Shown here: in pieces, positions 1 through 10,459 of the stretch
Numbering within the stretch: position 1 is the first letter of the stretch
How the letters are laid out: each line of letters begins with the position of its first letter
Source: Planctomycetota bacterium
Lineage (GTDB): Bacteria; Planctomycetota; UBA1135; GCA-002686595
Assembly: GCA_012960475.1 (NCBI GenBank)
Contig: DUBE01000027.1
Coordinates: 42,599-106,598 of the forward strand
Reading direction: 5' to 3'
DNA: 64,000 bases
Program-made: the position numbers and the translations under genes
The notes under the pieces: model-generated
What the model was told of the DNA's origin: nothing
The model's database searches: none
What the model saw: only the letters and a program-made list of their open reading frames with translations

Positions 1-201
1 ACGCGGCGGCAAGGGGAATTCGGCTGGATTGGCCCTGCAGCGCTCCAGGCCGTTGCGGTCGACCATTTCGATTTCGCCAAAGGTGAGCAGTGCTCGTTCG
101 AGTTCACGCCACTCAAATTGATAGCGGGCCCAGGTTGTTCCCGCGATCATGGGCGCCGCCAACAGGGCCAGCGTGCCCAGCATCCGATGGCGTAACTTCA
201 T
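1..201 (-). CDS. probable sensor histidine kinase, N-terminal fragment (gene continues beyond the window start)
   Basis: This reading frame is open to the window edge and is not in the ORF track. The minus-strand ATG at 201-199 overlaps the TGA of the upstream response regulator by 1 nt (TGATG). The translation MKLRHRMLGTLALLAAPMIAGTTWARYQFEWRELERALL... shows one hydrophobic segment followed by a soluble region. No kinase motifs are visible, so the call rests on its operon position after an OmpR-type regulator. Confidence 0.4.
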   Translation of the reverse strand, partial: MKLRHRMLGTLALLAAPMIAGTTWARYQFEWRELERALLTFGEIEMVDRNGLERCRANPAEFPLPPR

Positions 202-863
202 CAGTCTTTGACTTCCAAGCGATAACCCACACCCCAGATTGTGTGCAGGTAGTTTGAACAGGGGCCGAGCTTCTTGCGCAGGCGCGACACATGCACATCC
301 AAAGTGCGCATTGTGCCGTCTCGACTTGGGTCGAGGGTGGCTTCCATCAGGTCTTCACGGCTGATTGCGGCGCCGGTCTGGCGTGCGAGTGCGGCCAAGA
401 GCTCCCATTCGGCTCGCGTGAGCTGGATGTCCTCGGCATCTACACTGGCCCTGTGGGCAGTGAGGTCAACAAACAAGCGACCGATCTCAACCCCTCCTTC
501 ACGCTTCAGAATCGGTCGCCGTAGCCGTGCGGCGATACGGGCGCTGAGTTCTTCGGGCCAGAAAGGCTTGGTCAAGTAGTCATCTGCACCCAGTTGCAGG
601 GCCTTGACTTTGACCACCGCATCCTGCTTGGCGGAGAGAACCAGAATTGGAGTGTCTGAACGACTGCGGTAGTTCTTGAGAATCTCCAGACCGTTCACCT
701 TTGGCAGCATCAGGTCGAGCACAATCAATGCATAGGGAGCCGGATCTTCCCGCAGGGCTATTTCTCCGTCCGCCAGCCAGCGCACCCGATAGCCCTGCGC
801 GGATAGCTGAGCGATGACCTGCTCGGCCAACGCCTTGTCATCTTCGATCAGGAGCAGATGCAT
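201..863 (-). CDS. OmpR/PhoB-family two-component response regulator
   Basis: The receiver domain is visible (MHLLLIEDD, phospho-acceptor context LIVLDLMLPKVNG, LVLSAK). The C-terminal winged helix is also present (LTRAEWELLAALA, LDVHVSRLRKKL, IWGVGYRL). Confidence 0.95.
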   Translation of the reverse strand: MHLLLIEDDKALAEQVIAQLSAQGYRVRWLADGEIALREDPAPYALIVLDLMLPKVNGLEILKNYRSRSDTPILVLSAKQDAVVKVKALQLGADDYLTKPFWPEELSARIAARLRRPILKREGGVEIGRLFVDLTAHRASVDAEDIQLTRAEWELLAALARQTGAAISREDLMEATLDPSRDGTMRTLDVHVSRLRKKLGPCSNYLHTIWGVGYRLEVKD

Positions 864-1089
864 GGTGGGTCGTCAGTCGGCGTACAGAGTAGGTGCTTCG
901 ATGAGCAAGGATGTCCGACATTGGTCCAGTATGTTGGTTTTCTCTGGGCCGGCCCTGGTCCCAGCTCTCTTGGGTGTGTCTTTCGGCCCTGACTAGGGTG
1001 CTGTGCAATCCTTGCGGCTATCCTAAGACTGGTCTTGTGGTTGTCCCGGGCTGGGAACCCAGAGGACATCTGAACCGTCCTCATGCCCT

Positions 1090-1144
1090 GAGGATGTTAA
1101 CTTTAGGAGGGCGTAACATCCTCTTGCTATACATCGACATCCTC
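1090..1144 (+). promoter_or_regulatory. candidate regulator-binding repeats around an extended -10-like box upstream of the peroxidase gene
   Basis: There is an inverted repeat GAGGATGTTA (1090-1099) / TAACATCCTC (1114-1123). A direct repeat ACATCCTC sits at 1116-1123 and 1137-1144, with a 21-bp period. TGCTATAC (1125-1132) lies between the two direct repeats, 58 nt upstream of the ATG at 1190. Confidence 0.35.
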
Positions 1145-1189
1145 GGATCTTCCCAGGACTCGATCCAATCCAATGCCTGTCGACCACAG

Positions 1190-2854
1190 ATGAAGAAACT
1201 GCTCAGAAATAGACAACTCTTCGGCTCCTCGCCTCTCTCTCTTGGGTGCTTGGCAGTCTTGACTGCCAGCGTGTTGGCTCAAGGCCCACCTCCGCCCTTG
1301 GGCCCGCCGCCTATGCCGCCCCAGAATCAGATCACTCCTGCAAAGGTAATTCTGGGCAAGGCGTTGTTTTGGGATGAGCAGTTGAGCTCCGACAGCACGG
1401 TTGCATGCGGCACCTGTCACCAACCCGCTGCCGGTGGTGGGGACCCACGCAATCAGGGTGGTATGCGCAACCCTGGAGCTGACGGAATTCTGGGTACTCC
1501 TGATGATGTGCTTGGATCCCTAGGCGTGGCTCGCACTGATCTGAATGGCAATTATGTTCCAGATCCTGTTTTTGGTCATGACGTGCAGGTGACTGGTCGC
1601 TCTGCACCGAGCAATCTGATGGGGGCATACTTTATTGATCTCTTCTGGGATGGTCGTGCCACTTCGCAGTTTCTGGATCCTCTTACGGGCAACGTAGTGA
1701 TTCCCCTTGGTGGCTCCTTGGAGAGCCAGTCCCTGGGTCCGATCATGTCAAGTGCAGAGATGGCCGCTGAAGGCCGCACATGGGGCGATGTAACTTCTAA
1801 GTTGGAGCAGGTCGAGCCACTTGCAGTCGCCTTCAATCTCCCTGGTGACCTGAATGCTGCCTTGGCTGGTGGGGCGACCTATCCAGATCTGTTCCAGGCG
1901 GCATTTGGAACAGATGTGATCACACCTGTGCGAATTGGGTTTGCTCTGGCCTCCTACCAGCGGACATTGGTTCCCAACCAGACTCCGTGGGATGCTTTTA
2001 CCGCTGGAAACCAGGGCGCTTTGACCCAGGGGCAACAGATGGGTCTGGGTGCCTTCACGAGCCAAGGTTCGCGCTGCAACGCATGCCATGGAGGCAACCT
2101 GTTTGCAGACAATCAGTACCACAACCTTGGGTTGCGTCCGATCGCTGAGGATTCAGGTCGTCAGGCGATTACCGGGAACTTTGCAGATCGTGGGCGCTTC
2201 AAGACACCAAGTCTGCGCAACATTGGCTTGCGGGGCGGAGCTCTCTTTCACAACGGTTCCCCAACCACAACAAACCTGAATGCCCTTTTGGCTTTGTACA
2301 ACGCGGATGGGGGGCCCTTCGGTGACAACAAAGACCCGATTCTGAACAACCTCAACGTACCGCCGCAGGTGCGCCCTGCTCTGGTGGATTTCATGGTCAA
2401 TGGTCTTACTGATCCAAGGGTTGCAGCTGAACTGCCTCCATTTGACCGGCCCAGCCTCTCCAACGAACGCACTCCGGAGCCGATTGAGATTATCCAGCAA
2501 GGCGCGCGGGCGGGCACCGGTGGATTTGTCCCGCAGGTTGTCGCTCTTAGTCCTCCCCATGTGGGCAACTTCGATTGGAAGCTGGGCCTCTATGATGGAC
2601 TGGGTGGAGCCAAGGCGGTGGTCACCGTATCTCACAATCCCCCCAGCTCACCAATTCCAGGTTTCAGCGTGGTTGGCTCCGCAATGACTTTGAATGGGTC
2701 GGGGCCTGGTCAGGGTTACATAACCTGGCATCGAAGCATGCCTGGTGATTCGGGCTTGATTGGCTTGGAGCTTTGGCTGCAGTTTCGCGTGAGGGACACC
2801 GGTGCGCAGAACGGCGTGGCCCGTACGCCCATTGTGCACTTGACGCTCTTCTAG
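1190..2854 (+). CDS. secreted di-haem cytochrome c peroxidase / MauG-family protein with a C-terminal extension
   Basis: Two CxxCH motifs (CGTCHQ, CNACHG) sit in CCP-family contexts (LGKALFWDEQLS, FKTPSLRN, LFHNGS). The signal peptide MKKLLRNRQLFGSSPLSLGCLAVLTASVLAQG starts at the in-frame ATG at 1190. The ORF-track start at 911 would add a non-protein-like 93-aa leader. Confidence 0.85.
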   Translation: MKKLLRNRQLFGSSPLSLGCLAVLTASVLAQGPPPPLGPPPMPPQNQITPAKVILGKALFWDEQLSSDSTVACGTCHQPAAGGGDPRNQGGMRNPGADGILGTPDDVLGSLGVARTDLNGNYVPDPVFGHDVQVTGRSAPSNLMGAYFIDLFWDGRATSQFLDPLTGNVVIPLGGSLESQSLGPIMSSAEMAAEGRTWGDVTSKLEQVEPLAVAFNLPGDLNAALAGGATYPDLFQAAFGTDVITPVRIGFALASYQRTLVPNQTPWDAFTAGNQGALTQGQQMGLGAFTSQGSRCNACHGGNLFADNQYHNLGLRPIAEDSGRQAITGNFADRGRFKTPSLRNIGLRGGALFHNGSPTTTNLNALLALYNADGGPFGDNKDPILNNLNVPPQVRPALVDFMVNGLTDPRVAAELPPFDRPSLSNERTPEPIEIIQQGARAGTGGFVPQVVALSPPHVGNFDWKLGLYDGLGGAKAVVTVSHNPPSSPIPGFSVVGSAMTLNGSGPGQGYITWHRSMPGDSGLIGLELWLQFRVRDTGAQNGVARTPIVHLTLF

Positions 2855-2873
2855 ATTACCTCTCTCTTCTTGT

Positions 2874-2909
2874 GAGCCCGCGCCCATTTCTCCCATGGGG
2901 CGTGGGCTC
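2874..2909 (+). terminator. intrinsic terminator-like hairpin after the peroxidase gene
   Basis: The 12-bp stem pairs GAGCCCGCGCCC (2874-2885) with GGGCGTGGGCTC (2898-2909) and contains one G-U pair. The loop is 12 nt. A TTTCTATT tail follows, and the hairpin starts 20 nt after the stop at 2854. Confidence 0.6.
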
Positions 2910-2936
2910 TTTCTATTGAAGCGGCCGCCACTGCCC

Positions 2937-5480
2937 TTAGGGTTCAAGAGCGATTTCCGCCCAACCCACATTGCCCGTCTGGCCATTCCAACGGGAGAGA
3001 ATCTGAACCCTGAGTGACTGGATCGGTTTCTTGACATTCAGCTCCAGGCGCGTGGGGATAATCGCGTCCGAGTGCAAGGTGGCCAGGACTTCGTAGCGGC
3101 CGTTGATTGTGATCTTGATGTCCTTGATTGGATTCCAGTTGGCGGTCTGGGAGCGTGAAGCAACTGCCTGGCTAAGAACCACGTTCGTGCAGCGAGTGGG
3201 TCTTTGCAGGTCGATACGCACCCAGGGTTGGGCGTCGGTGGATATGGGCTTCCAATGGGTGGAGTGGACGTTGTCCAGTAGGAAGCCTATGCCATGCCCT
3301 GCGTCTTCGCTGGATGCGTACAGGGTGGTGGGCTGCTGGCGAAGGATGTTCTTTCCAAAGTAGGGTTGCGAATCCCGTAGCAGATCTTTTTGACTGCGCT
3401 CTACCTTGTAGCTCATAGGCTTCGAGCGCAACTCGGTGGTCTTGTTGTAGTTGTCGGGGTACTCGCCCAGGGCCACCACCGTGGCCAGCACTTCGACTTG
3501 CACCGTTTGTGGATGCTTGAAGCGAATCTTGCTGGGGAAGCGTTGATGGTCCCAGGGCTTGAGGGGATCCGCATTGACACGCGCGCGGGGCTCACCGTTG
3601 ATCAGGTACTCAACCCGCACCACGCGCAGTCCAGTCTTGGGAGCGGGCTGGGCGGCATACCTGGCGAGCACACCTGGATCGATGCCAGTCATGAAGAGTG
3701 TCACTTCCATGTTCCCGTGCACTCTAAAGTGAAGGGGTCCAGTGGTTTCTTCTGCGGTGTGTCCCAGGATCGTGGCCTTCTTGCCCGTCATGGCCGCTGT
3801 GGCCTTGACCAGGAAAAGCAGCGCAAAGGCCGTGTTCGACTGGTTGCGCCAGCCTCCACTACCAGTCTGTTGGCGCAGGAGGAATTCTGCTCCCTCAAAA
3901 TACCAGTCGGGGCGAATGCGATCCTCCATGCCAGGCAGTCCTGCCGCGCGTTCGACCCCGTAGAGGTAGTAGTAGAAATCGTAGCCGTTGGGATCTGAGG
4001 TCATGGACCAGTTGTGGTCAAGCCAGTTGACCGCCTGGGTGAGTTGCTGTTCGGCAAACCTACGCGTGGTGGTACCCAGATGTTTGCCTGCGCAGATCTC
4101 CGCTACACGACAAACCGTAATGGCGGCGGTGCTCATGGAGCGTGAATCGTTGCGGTCTCCTCGATAGCGGTAACCCTTGGTGAGGTGAGGTCTGAATCCG
4201 CTGCCGGGAGCGGCGGGAAATTCGCCCTCGAGGCCACCGTAGTGACGGTTAAGAGCGTTGACCATGCGCATGTACACATTGCGGGGCGTCTTGATCTCCA
4301 ACTCATGTGCAGACCAAAGAGCCAGAGCTGCATACTGGGTGCAGGAGAGGTCGTTGTTGCCCTCCGGGTAGCCCCAACCGGTGTCAGGATCCCGTCGCTC
4401 CCACTCCAGGACCCGGTCGATGATGCGCTCGGCCCGTTCCATATAGATGGCTTTGTTGTCTGGATCCCCATGCTCGATCAGATGGCGCAGGAGCATCATG
4501 GCCACGCCTGCTGTATAGGTGTGACGCGGATCTTCTTGGTAGATGAAGCGCAGGGCAGCCTGCACTGAGGGATGAGCCACCGAGACTCCGCTCTTCACGA
4601 GAGCATAGACCGCCAAGGTCGTCATGCCCGCACGGTACTTAGGATGGTGCTGGCCCCAGGAACCGTCTCGGGCCTGTTCTTCGATCAGGCGCGTGACACC
4701 TCGGTCGATGGCGGTGTTGATTGTGCTCTGGTAGTTCGCAGGCCAGTGGGAGGGGATTCCCCGCATGGCTGGAGTCGGCAGGGCAGGCAACTCGCGGCTT
4801 TCCTTGCTGAAGTGACGATTGATTTCCCCAGGCTTGATCTGATTGTCGTGCATCTTTGCGCGCAGCAGGGTGCCGGTCAGGGGATGGTCTTCGTTCGTGT
4901 CCTTGTAGGAGCCCACCGTCAGAATGTGATCAGGTGCGTAGATCACATCGCCGCCGGGAGCATCGCTGAAGGCGACCTCTTCTCCGTTGACATACAGGCG
5001 GCTTGTCTTGCCGTCATAGGTGCCCACAACGTGAGCCCACTCTCCCTTGCGCAAAGGCTGCGGAGCGGTCAAGTACTCCAGTCGGCCCTGCTCTTCGGTG
5101 GCAATTGCAAAACAGAAGCGCTTGTTGTGGATGCCCAGCAACCAGCCCCGTTCGAAGTCGCCGTTGTCTTCAAACGCACCAATGATCCCACCCCAAGCCT
5201 CAAGTCTGTCCACAACGACCCAGGCTTCGAGGGACATTTTTCGCTTGGGAAAGACGCCATTGGGTGTATTGATGAGTTGAGTGAGCGCTGGTTGTTTTCC
5301 ATTTCGAAGAAGCCCCTCGCCCCCGGCGAGGAACTCCAGTGCTCCGTTGGCCTTGAGAGAGATCGCGCCTATGCTCGGGGCGAATGTGTTCTGGTTCAAC
5401 GATTCGGCGTTGAACTCCCAGGCCAGCTCGTTTCGGCCGGGCGCATGTAGCAGAAGAATGGTGAGGACGATTACCAGCAT
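2937..5480 (-). CDS. secreted multidomain protein: LamG-like lectin domain, prenyltransferase/terpene-cyclase-like alpha-alpha toroid repeats, C-terminal discoidin (F5/8 type C)-like domain
   Basis: The N-terminus is hydrophobic (MLVIVLTILLLHAPG). A LamG_3-like block is visible (EAWVVVD...GGIIGAF...WAHVVGTYDGKTSRLYVNGEEV). A toroid-repeat-like motif follows (DGSWGQHHPKYRAGMTTLAVYALVKSG). The C-terminus is discoidin-like (WVRIDLQRPTRCTNVVL...VGWAEIALEP). The gene starts 5 nt after the DUF1501 gene ends. Confidence 0.6.
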   Translation of the reverse strand: MLVIVLTILLLHAPGRNELAWEFNAESLNQNTFAPSIGAISLKANGALEFLAGGEGLLRNGKQPALTQLINTPNGVFPKRKMSLEAWVVVDRLEAWGGIIGAFEDNGDFERGWLLGIHNKRFCFAIATEEQGRLEYLTAPQPLRKGEWAHVVGTYDGKTSRLYVNGEEVAFSDAPGGDVIYAPDHILTVGSYKDTNEDHPLTGTLLRAKMHDNQIKPGEINRHFSKESRELPALPTPAMRGIPSHWPANYQSTINTAIDRGVTRLIEEQARDGSWGQHHPKYRAGMTTLAVYALVKSGVSVAHPSVQAALRFIYQEDPRHTYTAGVAMMLLRHLIEHGDPDNKAIYMERAERIIDRVLEWERRDPDTGWGYPEGNNDLSCTQYAALALWSAHELEIKTPRNVYMRMVNALNRHYGGLEGEFPAAPGSGFRPHLTKGYRYRGDRNDSRSMSTAAITVCRVAEICAGKHLGTTTRRFAEQQLTQAVNWLDHNWSMTSDPNGYDFYYYLYGVERAAGLPGMEDRIRPDWYFEGAEFLLRQQTGSGGWRNQSNTAFALLFLVKATAAMTGKKATILGHTAEETTGPLHFRVHGNMEVTLFMTGIDPGVLARYAAQPAPKTGLRVVRVEYLINGEPRARVNADPLKPWDHQRFPSKIRFKHPQTVQVEVLATVVALGEYPDNYNKTTELRSKPMSYKVERSQKDLLRDSQPYFGKNILRQQPTTLYASSEDAGHGIGFLLDNVHSTHWKPISTDAQPWVRIDLQRPTRCTNVVLSQAVASRSQTANWNPIKDIKITINGRYEVLATLHSDAIIPTRLELNVKKPIQSLRVQILSRWNGQTGNVGWAEIALEP

Positions 5481-5485
5481 TGCAT

Positions 5486-6937
5486 TCAGGCAAGGACTTG
5501 GTCGACCACTCGACCATGTACATCTGTCAAGCGGAAATCGCGGCCCTGGAAGCTGAGGGTCAGGCGCTCGTGGTCGAAGCCCAACTGGTGCAGAATGGTA
5601 GCGTTCAGATCATGCACGCTTACTCCATCCTTGATGATGTTGTAGGAGAAATCGTCGGTCTCCCCGTGGGTGATACCCCCTTGTATCCCGCCGCCGGCCA
5701 TCCAGATCGAGAAACAGCGTGGGTGATGGTCCCGGCCATAGTTGGTCTTGCTCAGGGGGCCCTGGCAGTAGGTTGTGCGCCCAAATTCACCGCCCCAGAC
5801 CACCAGGGTCTGGTCCAGCAAGCCGCGCTGCTTGAGGTCCTGGATCAAGCCGTGACTTGGCTGATCAATGTCCCTGCAGGCATTGGGCAGATCACCGGTC
5901 AGGTTGCCGTGCTGATCCCAGCCGCGAATGAAGATCTGTATGCAGGGCACGCCTCGCTCCACCAACCGGCGGGCCATGATGCAGGAGTGGGCGTAGGTTC
6001 CGGGGTTCTCCACATCCGGGCCGTACATGTCGAGTACCGCTCGGGATTCCTTCTTCAAGTCAACCAGATCAGGCACCGAAGTCTGCATGCGGAAGGCCAT
6101 CTCGTATTGCTCGATGCGCGAGAGGATTTCGGGATCTCCATGACGGTCGTGGGTCTCCTGGTTGAGTTCTGCCAGGGAATCGAGCATTGAACGCCGCAGC
6201 TTGCCGTCGACTCCGGGTGGGTTCGAGAGATAGAGCACGGGGTCTCCGGCGCTGCGCAGGGCGATGCCTGAGTGCTCCGAGGGCATGAAGCCCGAACTCC
6301 AAAGACGGTTGTAGAGGGCCTGAGCCTCCGCGCGCCCTGACCAGCGCGGAGTCATGACCACAAACCCAGGCAGGTCCCGGTTCGGGGATCCGAGCCCATA
6401 GGAGAGCCATGAACCCAGCGACGGGCGGCCAGGTTGTTCCGAGCCGGTCTGCAAGAAGGTGATCGCCGGATCATGGTTGATCGCGTCCGTGTGCATGGAG
6501 CGGATTACCGCTATGTCGTCCGCCATTTTTTGGTGATAGGGCAAGAGGCTGCTGATCTCTGTGCCGTTCTCTCCGCAGCGTTTGAAGTCGTAGATCGAAG
6601 GAGCGATGGGGAAGCGCGTCTGACCTGAGGTCATGGTGGTGAAGCGTTGACCTTGTATCACCGATTCGGGCAGGTCCTGGTCATACATCTCGCGCAGCTT
6701 GGGCTTCCAGTCAAAAGTCTCGAACTGGCTCGGCGCGCCGGACATGAACAGATAGATGATCGAGCGGGCCCGGGGGGTATGGTGGGTCGTGCGCAGACCG
6801 TCTGCGGCTCTGGCATCGGAGCCAAGAACTGATGTCAGGGCAGCGGTTCCAAGACCGGCGCTGGTGGAGCGCAAGAACAAACGCCGCGTCAGGTCCTGGC
6901 GCAGTTGTCGAATGGGCTCCGGATCGTGGGGTTGCAT
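5486..6937 (-). CDS. DUF1501 domain protein (sulfatase/alkaline-phosphatase-like fold, Tat signal)
   Basis: A twin-arginine leader is present ([23 protein letters not shown]). Characteristic DUF1501 blocks are visible ([40 protein letters not shown]). Confidence 0.9.
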   Translation of the reverse strand: MQPHDPEPIRQLRQDLTRRLFLRSTSAGLGTAALTSVLGSDARAADGLRTTHHTPRARSIIYLFMSGAPSQFETFDWKPKLREMYDQDLPESVIQGQRFTTMTSGQTRFPIAPSIYDFKRCGENGTEISSLLPYHQKMADDIAVIRSMHTDAINHDPAITFLQTGSEQPGRPSLGSWLSYGLGSPNRDLPGFVVMTPRWSGRAEAQALYNRLWSSGFMPSEHSGIALRSAGDPVLYLSNPPGVDGKLRRSMLDSLAELNQETHDRHGDPEILSRIEQYEMAFRMQTSVPDLVDLKKESRAVLDMYGPDVENPGTYAHSCIMARRLVERGVPCIQIFIRGWDQHGNLTGDLPNACRDIDQPSHGLIQDLKQRGLLDQTLVVWGGEFGRTTYCQGPLSKTNYGRDHHPRCFSIWMAGGGIQGGITHGETDDFSYNIIKDGVSVHDLNATILHQLGFDHERLTLSFQGRDFRLTDVHGRVVDQVLA

Positions 6938-6942
6938 GGGGT

Positions 6943-9900
6943 TTAGCCGCGGGTGATGACTTCGTCTAGGCTGAAGAGGGTACTGGCAAGAACCGTCCAG
7001 GCTGCGATTTCTGGGGCATGGTCTGAGTTAGTCAGGGGTGTCGCGCCCACGGCCAGCAGGGCGGCTGCGCCTTCGGCGTCGGCAAGGAAATGTTCCCGCG
7101 CCTCATCGAGCAACTGCAGAAGCAAGGTACTTTCTGATTGATTGGGCAGACGCGAGGTCAGACTCTTGAAGGCGAAGTGCAGCTTTGCCAGATCATCTTC
7201 GCCTCCCTGGGCCAGAATCCGGTTGGCGAATTCTCGTGAGAACTCCACGTACTGAGGGTCGTTGAGCAGGGCCAGGGCCTGCATTGGCGTGTTGGTTCGT
7301 TCCCGTCGCACGCAGGTTGACTCGCGACTGGGCGCGTCGAAGATCGTCAGATTGGGCGGGGCCGATGTGCGCTTCCAGAAGGTGTATAGGCTGCGGCGAT
7401 AGTTGGCCTCGCCCTTGTCCTGGGTGAAGTTCACCGTATTGCTTCTGCTGTAGCCGACGGCTTTCCAAAGGCCTCCCGGCTGATAGGGTTTGACCGGTGG
7501 GCCGCCGATTTTTTCCACCAAGAGGCCGCTGACCATCAGGGCTTGATCTCGCAGAATCTCTCCGTCCAAGCGGAAGCGCGCCCCGCGGGAGATCAGCCGG
7601 TTATTCGGGTCTTGAGTCAGTTTCTCTTGTCCGACAATGGAGGACTGGCGGTAGGTCGCTGAGGTTACGATCAGGCGCTGTAAGTGTTGCAGGTTCCAGT
7701 CGTGTTCGTGTAACTCAACTGCCAACCAGTCGAGCAATTTTGGGTGAACGGGTCGCTCTCCCTGGGTGCCAAAGTCCTCGGAAGTCTTGACGATGCCGAT
7801 TCCAAAGATCCTCTGCCAGTGACGGTTGACCACCACCCGCGCAGCCAGCGGATTATTGTCAGCTACGAGCCATTGGGCCAAACCCAGGCGGTTTTGAGGC
7901 GCGCCCGTTGGCAGGGGTGGCAAGGAGGTCGGGGTGTTCGGTTGCACGGTGTCACCCGGCCGATCATATGCGCCGCGCATGAGGATACGCGCCGGGCGGG
8001 CCTTGGCAAGCTCTACGCTGACCATGGAAGTGGGCAGGGTTGTGCGCAGTTTCTCGCCATCAGCGCGGGCGGCGTCTCGTTGGTCCCTCATGGCGATCCA
8101 CTCGGGGGCGTGTTTACGGCGAAACAACTCGCGCAACTCGGTCTGTTCCTCGGGTCTCCGTTCCGATGCGGGGGAAGCCAGGGTCAAGGCCGTGGCAGGG
8201 GAAAGTTCTGACGAGGACTGCTCCACCAGACGCCAGGCAAAGCCTGATGCTCCTCCATGGTTGTTGATCTCCAGGAGCAACTGGTGTTCGCCAGCTTTGA
8301 CTTCTAACTCCAAGAAATCCTGGTCAACAGCGCTTCCGCGCATCACATGTTTGGCAAAGACTCTTGTGTTGTCCAGGAAGACGCGCACGCCGTCATCGCT
8401 CCCCAATCCGATACGCAGGCTGCGGGCACTGGGAAGAGACAGAGTGCGGGTTAGATAGAAAGAGCCCAATCCCGAGGGCAGGCCATGGGGCTTGCCGTCC
8501 GGGAAATCGGGACGCTCAGTCCAGATAGGTTTGCCTTCCTCATCGAGGGCATCGAGATCCAATGCGGTTGAGAAGGGATGGGGCGCGTCTGGCGCGCTGA
8601 TGGCGGCGGAGAGTGTCTGGCGCGAACTCACGAACCAGGGGCCGCTCACCGGTGCGAGAAGGTCGGGGTCTTCTGAAATCGCCAGGCGGAAATGTCCTAT
8701 GGCATGCTGGGGAAACTGGGACTCAAAAGCCAGCCGAACTCGCAGCCGCGTCCCTCCTTCGAAGCCAAAAGGCTGCTTGGCGTTGAAGCTCGCATCGCGA
8801 GCCCCCGTTCGACCGAGGCTCGCCCAGCCTGTTTTTGGATCAGCGTCGAGGGCATGGGCGATGGGGTATTTGACCTGTGAGAACTGAGCGTTGGGGTTGG
8901 TGAGTTCCACCGCTTGCCAGTTGGGGTCGTCGACGCCGCATTCGGCGATCTCCAAACTCAAGTCCGTGAGGACATAGTTCCCGTTTTCTGCGCGACCGGG
9001 CAGATCACCCACTTGGGTCTCATGGGTCAGGGCTTCGAGCCGCAGGCTAGTGAGTTGATCTTCTCGACAAGTGCTTTCCACAAAGTAGACGTCCGTTGTG
9101 GGGTTCGGTCCGCTTGCGAGAATTGCTTGATCGTCTTCGATATGTAGTACTGCGCCGTTCTGTGCGCTGGCGGCAGTGGGGCTCAGGATCAACCAGCGAG
9201 CTGCCAACTCATCATTCCAGTCCTGTTCCCACTCGGCCTGTTGGGCATCGGTCTCGGGCATGGGGGCATCGAGTTGTTTTCCCAGGCTGAGTTCCAAGGT
9301 TCCGAGCCGCGCCAGTTCTTCGGTCTGTTCCTCATTTTCAACTCGAATAAACGGTGCGGGGTTGGGAATATTCTGGTCGCTAGCTGTATCCGAGATGGAG
9401 TTGAAGAACCCCAGCATGGAGTAGTAGTCCTTCATGGAGAAGGGATCGTACTTGTGGTCATGGCACTGAGCACAGCCCATGGATACCCCCAACATGACCA
9501 CCGCCGTGGTATCCGTGCGGTCCTTGGCATAGATTGAAAGGTATTCCTTGGCGATCATGCCTCCTTCTGCGCTGGTTGGGTTGCAGCGGTTGAAGCCCGA
9601 TGCGATTTTTTGTGCTTGGGTGGCCTCGGGCAAGAGGTCTCCCGCTAGTTGCTCGGTGGCGAACCGATCAAAGGGCATGTTCTTGTTGTAAGCACCAATT
9701 ACCCAATCGCGCCAGGGCCACATACTGCGCAGATTATCCAGGTGCAGGCCGTGGGTGTCCCCGTAGCGTGCGGCGTCGAGCCAGGTGCGGGCCAGGTGTT
9801 CTCCGTAACGGGACGAGGACAAGAGGCGATCAACAACGCGTTCGTAGGCTCCAGGGTCCTCGTCCACCAAGAAGTTCTGAAGTTCTTCAAGGCTGGGAGG

Positions 9901-10455
9901 CATGCCGGTCAGGTCCAGAGACAGGCGGCGCAGCAGGGCTGCGCGATCAGCTTCCCTGGCCGGGGCAAGGCCCTCTTGTTCGAGCTTTGCCAGAATGAAG
10001 TGGTCGATGGGATTGCGCGTCCAGTTTGTGTTCTGCACCTCTGGCAGGTTGGCCTTGCGCGGGGCGACCCAGGCCCAGTGATCTTGCCACTTCGCGCCGT
10101 CGGCGATCCAGGTGCGCAGCAGGTCGATCTTCTCACTGGAGAGTTGTTGCTCGCTATCTGCCGGAGGCATGCGTACATCCGGATCACTGGAACTGATCCG
10201 CTGCCAGAGCTGACTGGCTTCGAGGTCGCCAGGGACCAGAGCGTGCCCTCCCTCTTTCAAGGCCGCCAGGGCACCCGCTTCGGTGTCCAGGCGTAGACCT
10301 GCCTTGCGCGTGGCTTGATCTGGCCCATGGCAGGCGAAGCAGTGTTCGCTCAGAATTGGCTGGATCTGCTCGCGGAAGTCGGGGCTTTTTTGGGCTGCGG
10401 CTGAGGGGATCAGGAGCGCAAGCGTCAAGGGGAGGTAGGCCTGGGGACAGGTCAT
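6943..10455 (-). CDS. PSCyt1/PSCyt2(DUF1549)/PSD1(DUF1553) family protein with an N-terminal c-type haem motif
   Basis: A signal peptide is followed by [12 protein letters not shown]1549-like block follows ([12 protein letters not shown]...[15 protein letters not shown]). DUF1553-like blocks are also present ([36 protein letters not shown]). It is directly upstream of DUF1501, as is usual for this pair. Confidence 0.9.
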   Translation of the reverse strand: MTCPQAYLPLTLALLIPSAAAQKSPDFREQIQPILSEHCFACHGPDQATRKAGLRLDTEAGALAALKEGGHALVPGDLEASQLWQRISSSDPDVRMPPADSEQQLSSEKIDLLRTWIADGAKWQDHWAWVAPRKANLPEVQNTNWTRNPIDHFILAKLEQEGLAPAREADRAALLRRLSLDLTGMPPSLEELQNFLVDEDPGAYERVVDRLLSSSRYGEHLARTWLDAARYGDTHGLHLDNLRSMWPWRDWVIGAYNKNMPFDRFATEQLAGDLLPEATQAQKIASGFNRCNPTSAEGGMIAKEYLSIYAKDRTDTTAVVMLGVSMGCAQCHDHKYDPFSMKDYYSMLGFFNSISDTASDQNIPNPAPFIRVENEEQTEELARLGTLELSLGKQLDAPMPETDAQQAEWEQDWNDELAARWLILSPTAASAQNGAVLHIEDDQAILASGPNPTTDVYFVESTCREDQLTSLRLEALTHETQVGDLPGRAENGNYVLTDLSLEIAECGVDDPNWQAVELTNPNAQFSQVKYPIAHALDADPKTGWASLGRTGARDASFNAKQPFGFEGGTRLRVRLAFESQFPQHAIGHFRLAISEDPDLLAPVSGPWFVSSRQTLSAAISAPDAPHPFSTALDLDALDEEGKPIWTERPDFPDGKPHGLPSGLGSFYLTRTLSLPSARSLRIGLGSDDGVRVFLDNTRVFAKHVMRGSAVDQDFLELEVKAGEHQLLLEINNHGGASGFAWRLVEQSSSELSPATALTLASPASERRPEEQTELRELFRRKHAPEWIAMRDQRDAARADGEKLRTTLPTSMVSVELAKARPARILMRGAYDRPGDTVQPNTPTSLPPLPTGAPQNRLGLAQWLVADNNPLAARVVVNRHWQRIFGIGIVKTSEDFGTQGERPVHPKLLDWLAVELHEHDWNLQHLQRLIVTSATYRQSSIVGQEKLTQDPNNRLISRGARFRLDGEILRDQALMVSGLLVEKIGGPPVKPYQPGGLWKAVGYSRSNTVNFTQDKGEANYRRSLYTFWKRTSAPPNLTIFDAPSRESTCVRRERTNTPMQALALLNDPQYVEFSREFANRILAQGGEDDLAKLHFAFKSLTSRLPNQSESTLLLQLLDEAREHFLADAEGAAALLAVGATPLTNSDHAPEIAAWTVLASTLFSLDEVITRG

Positions 10456-10459
10456 GGAC

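Noticed and set aside
911-1189. The upstream 93 codons of the ORF-track peroxidase entry, and a TTG at 1124 preceded by AGGAGG (1105-1110)
   Set aside because: The extension is Cys/Trp/Leu-rich and not protein-like. A canonical signal peptide begins at ATG 1190. The AGGAGG-to-TTG spacing (13 nt) is too long, and that start would bury the signal peptide.
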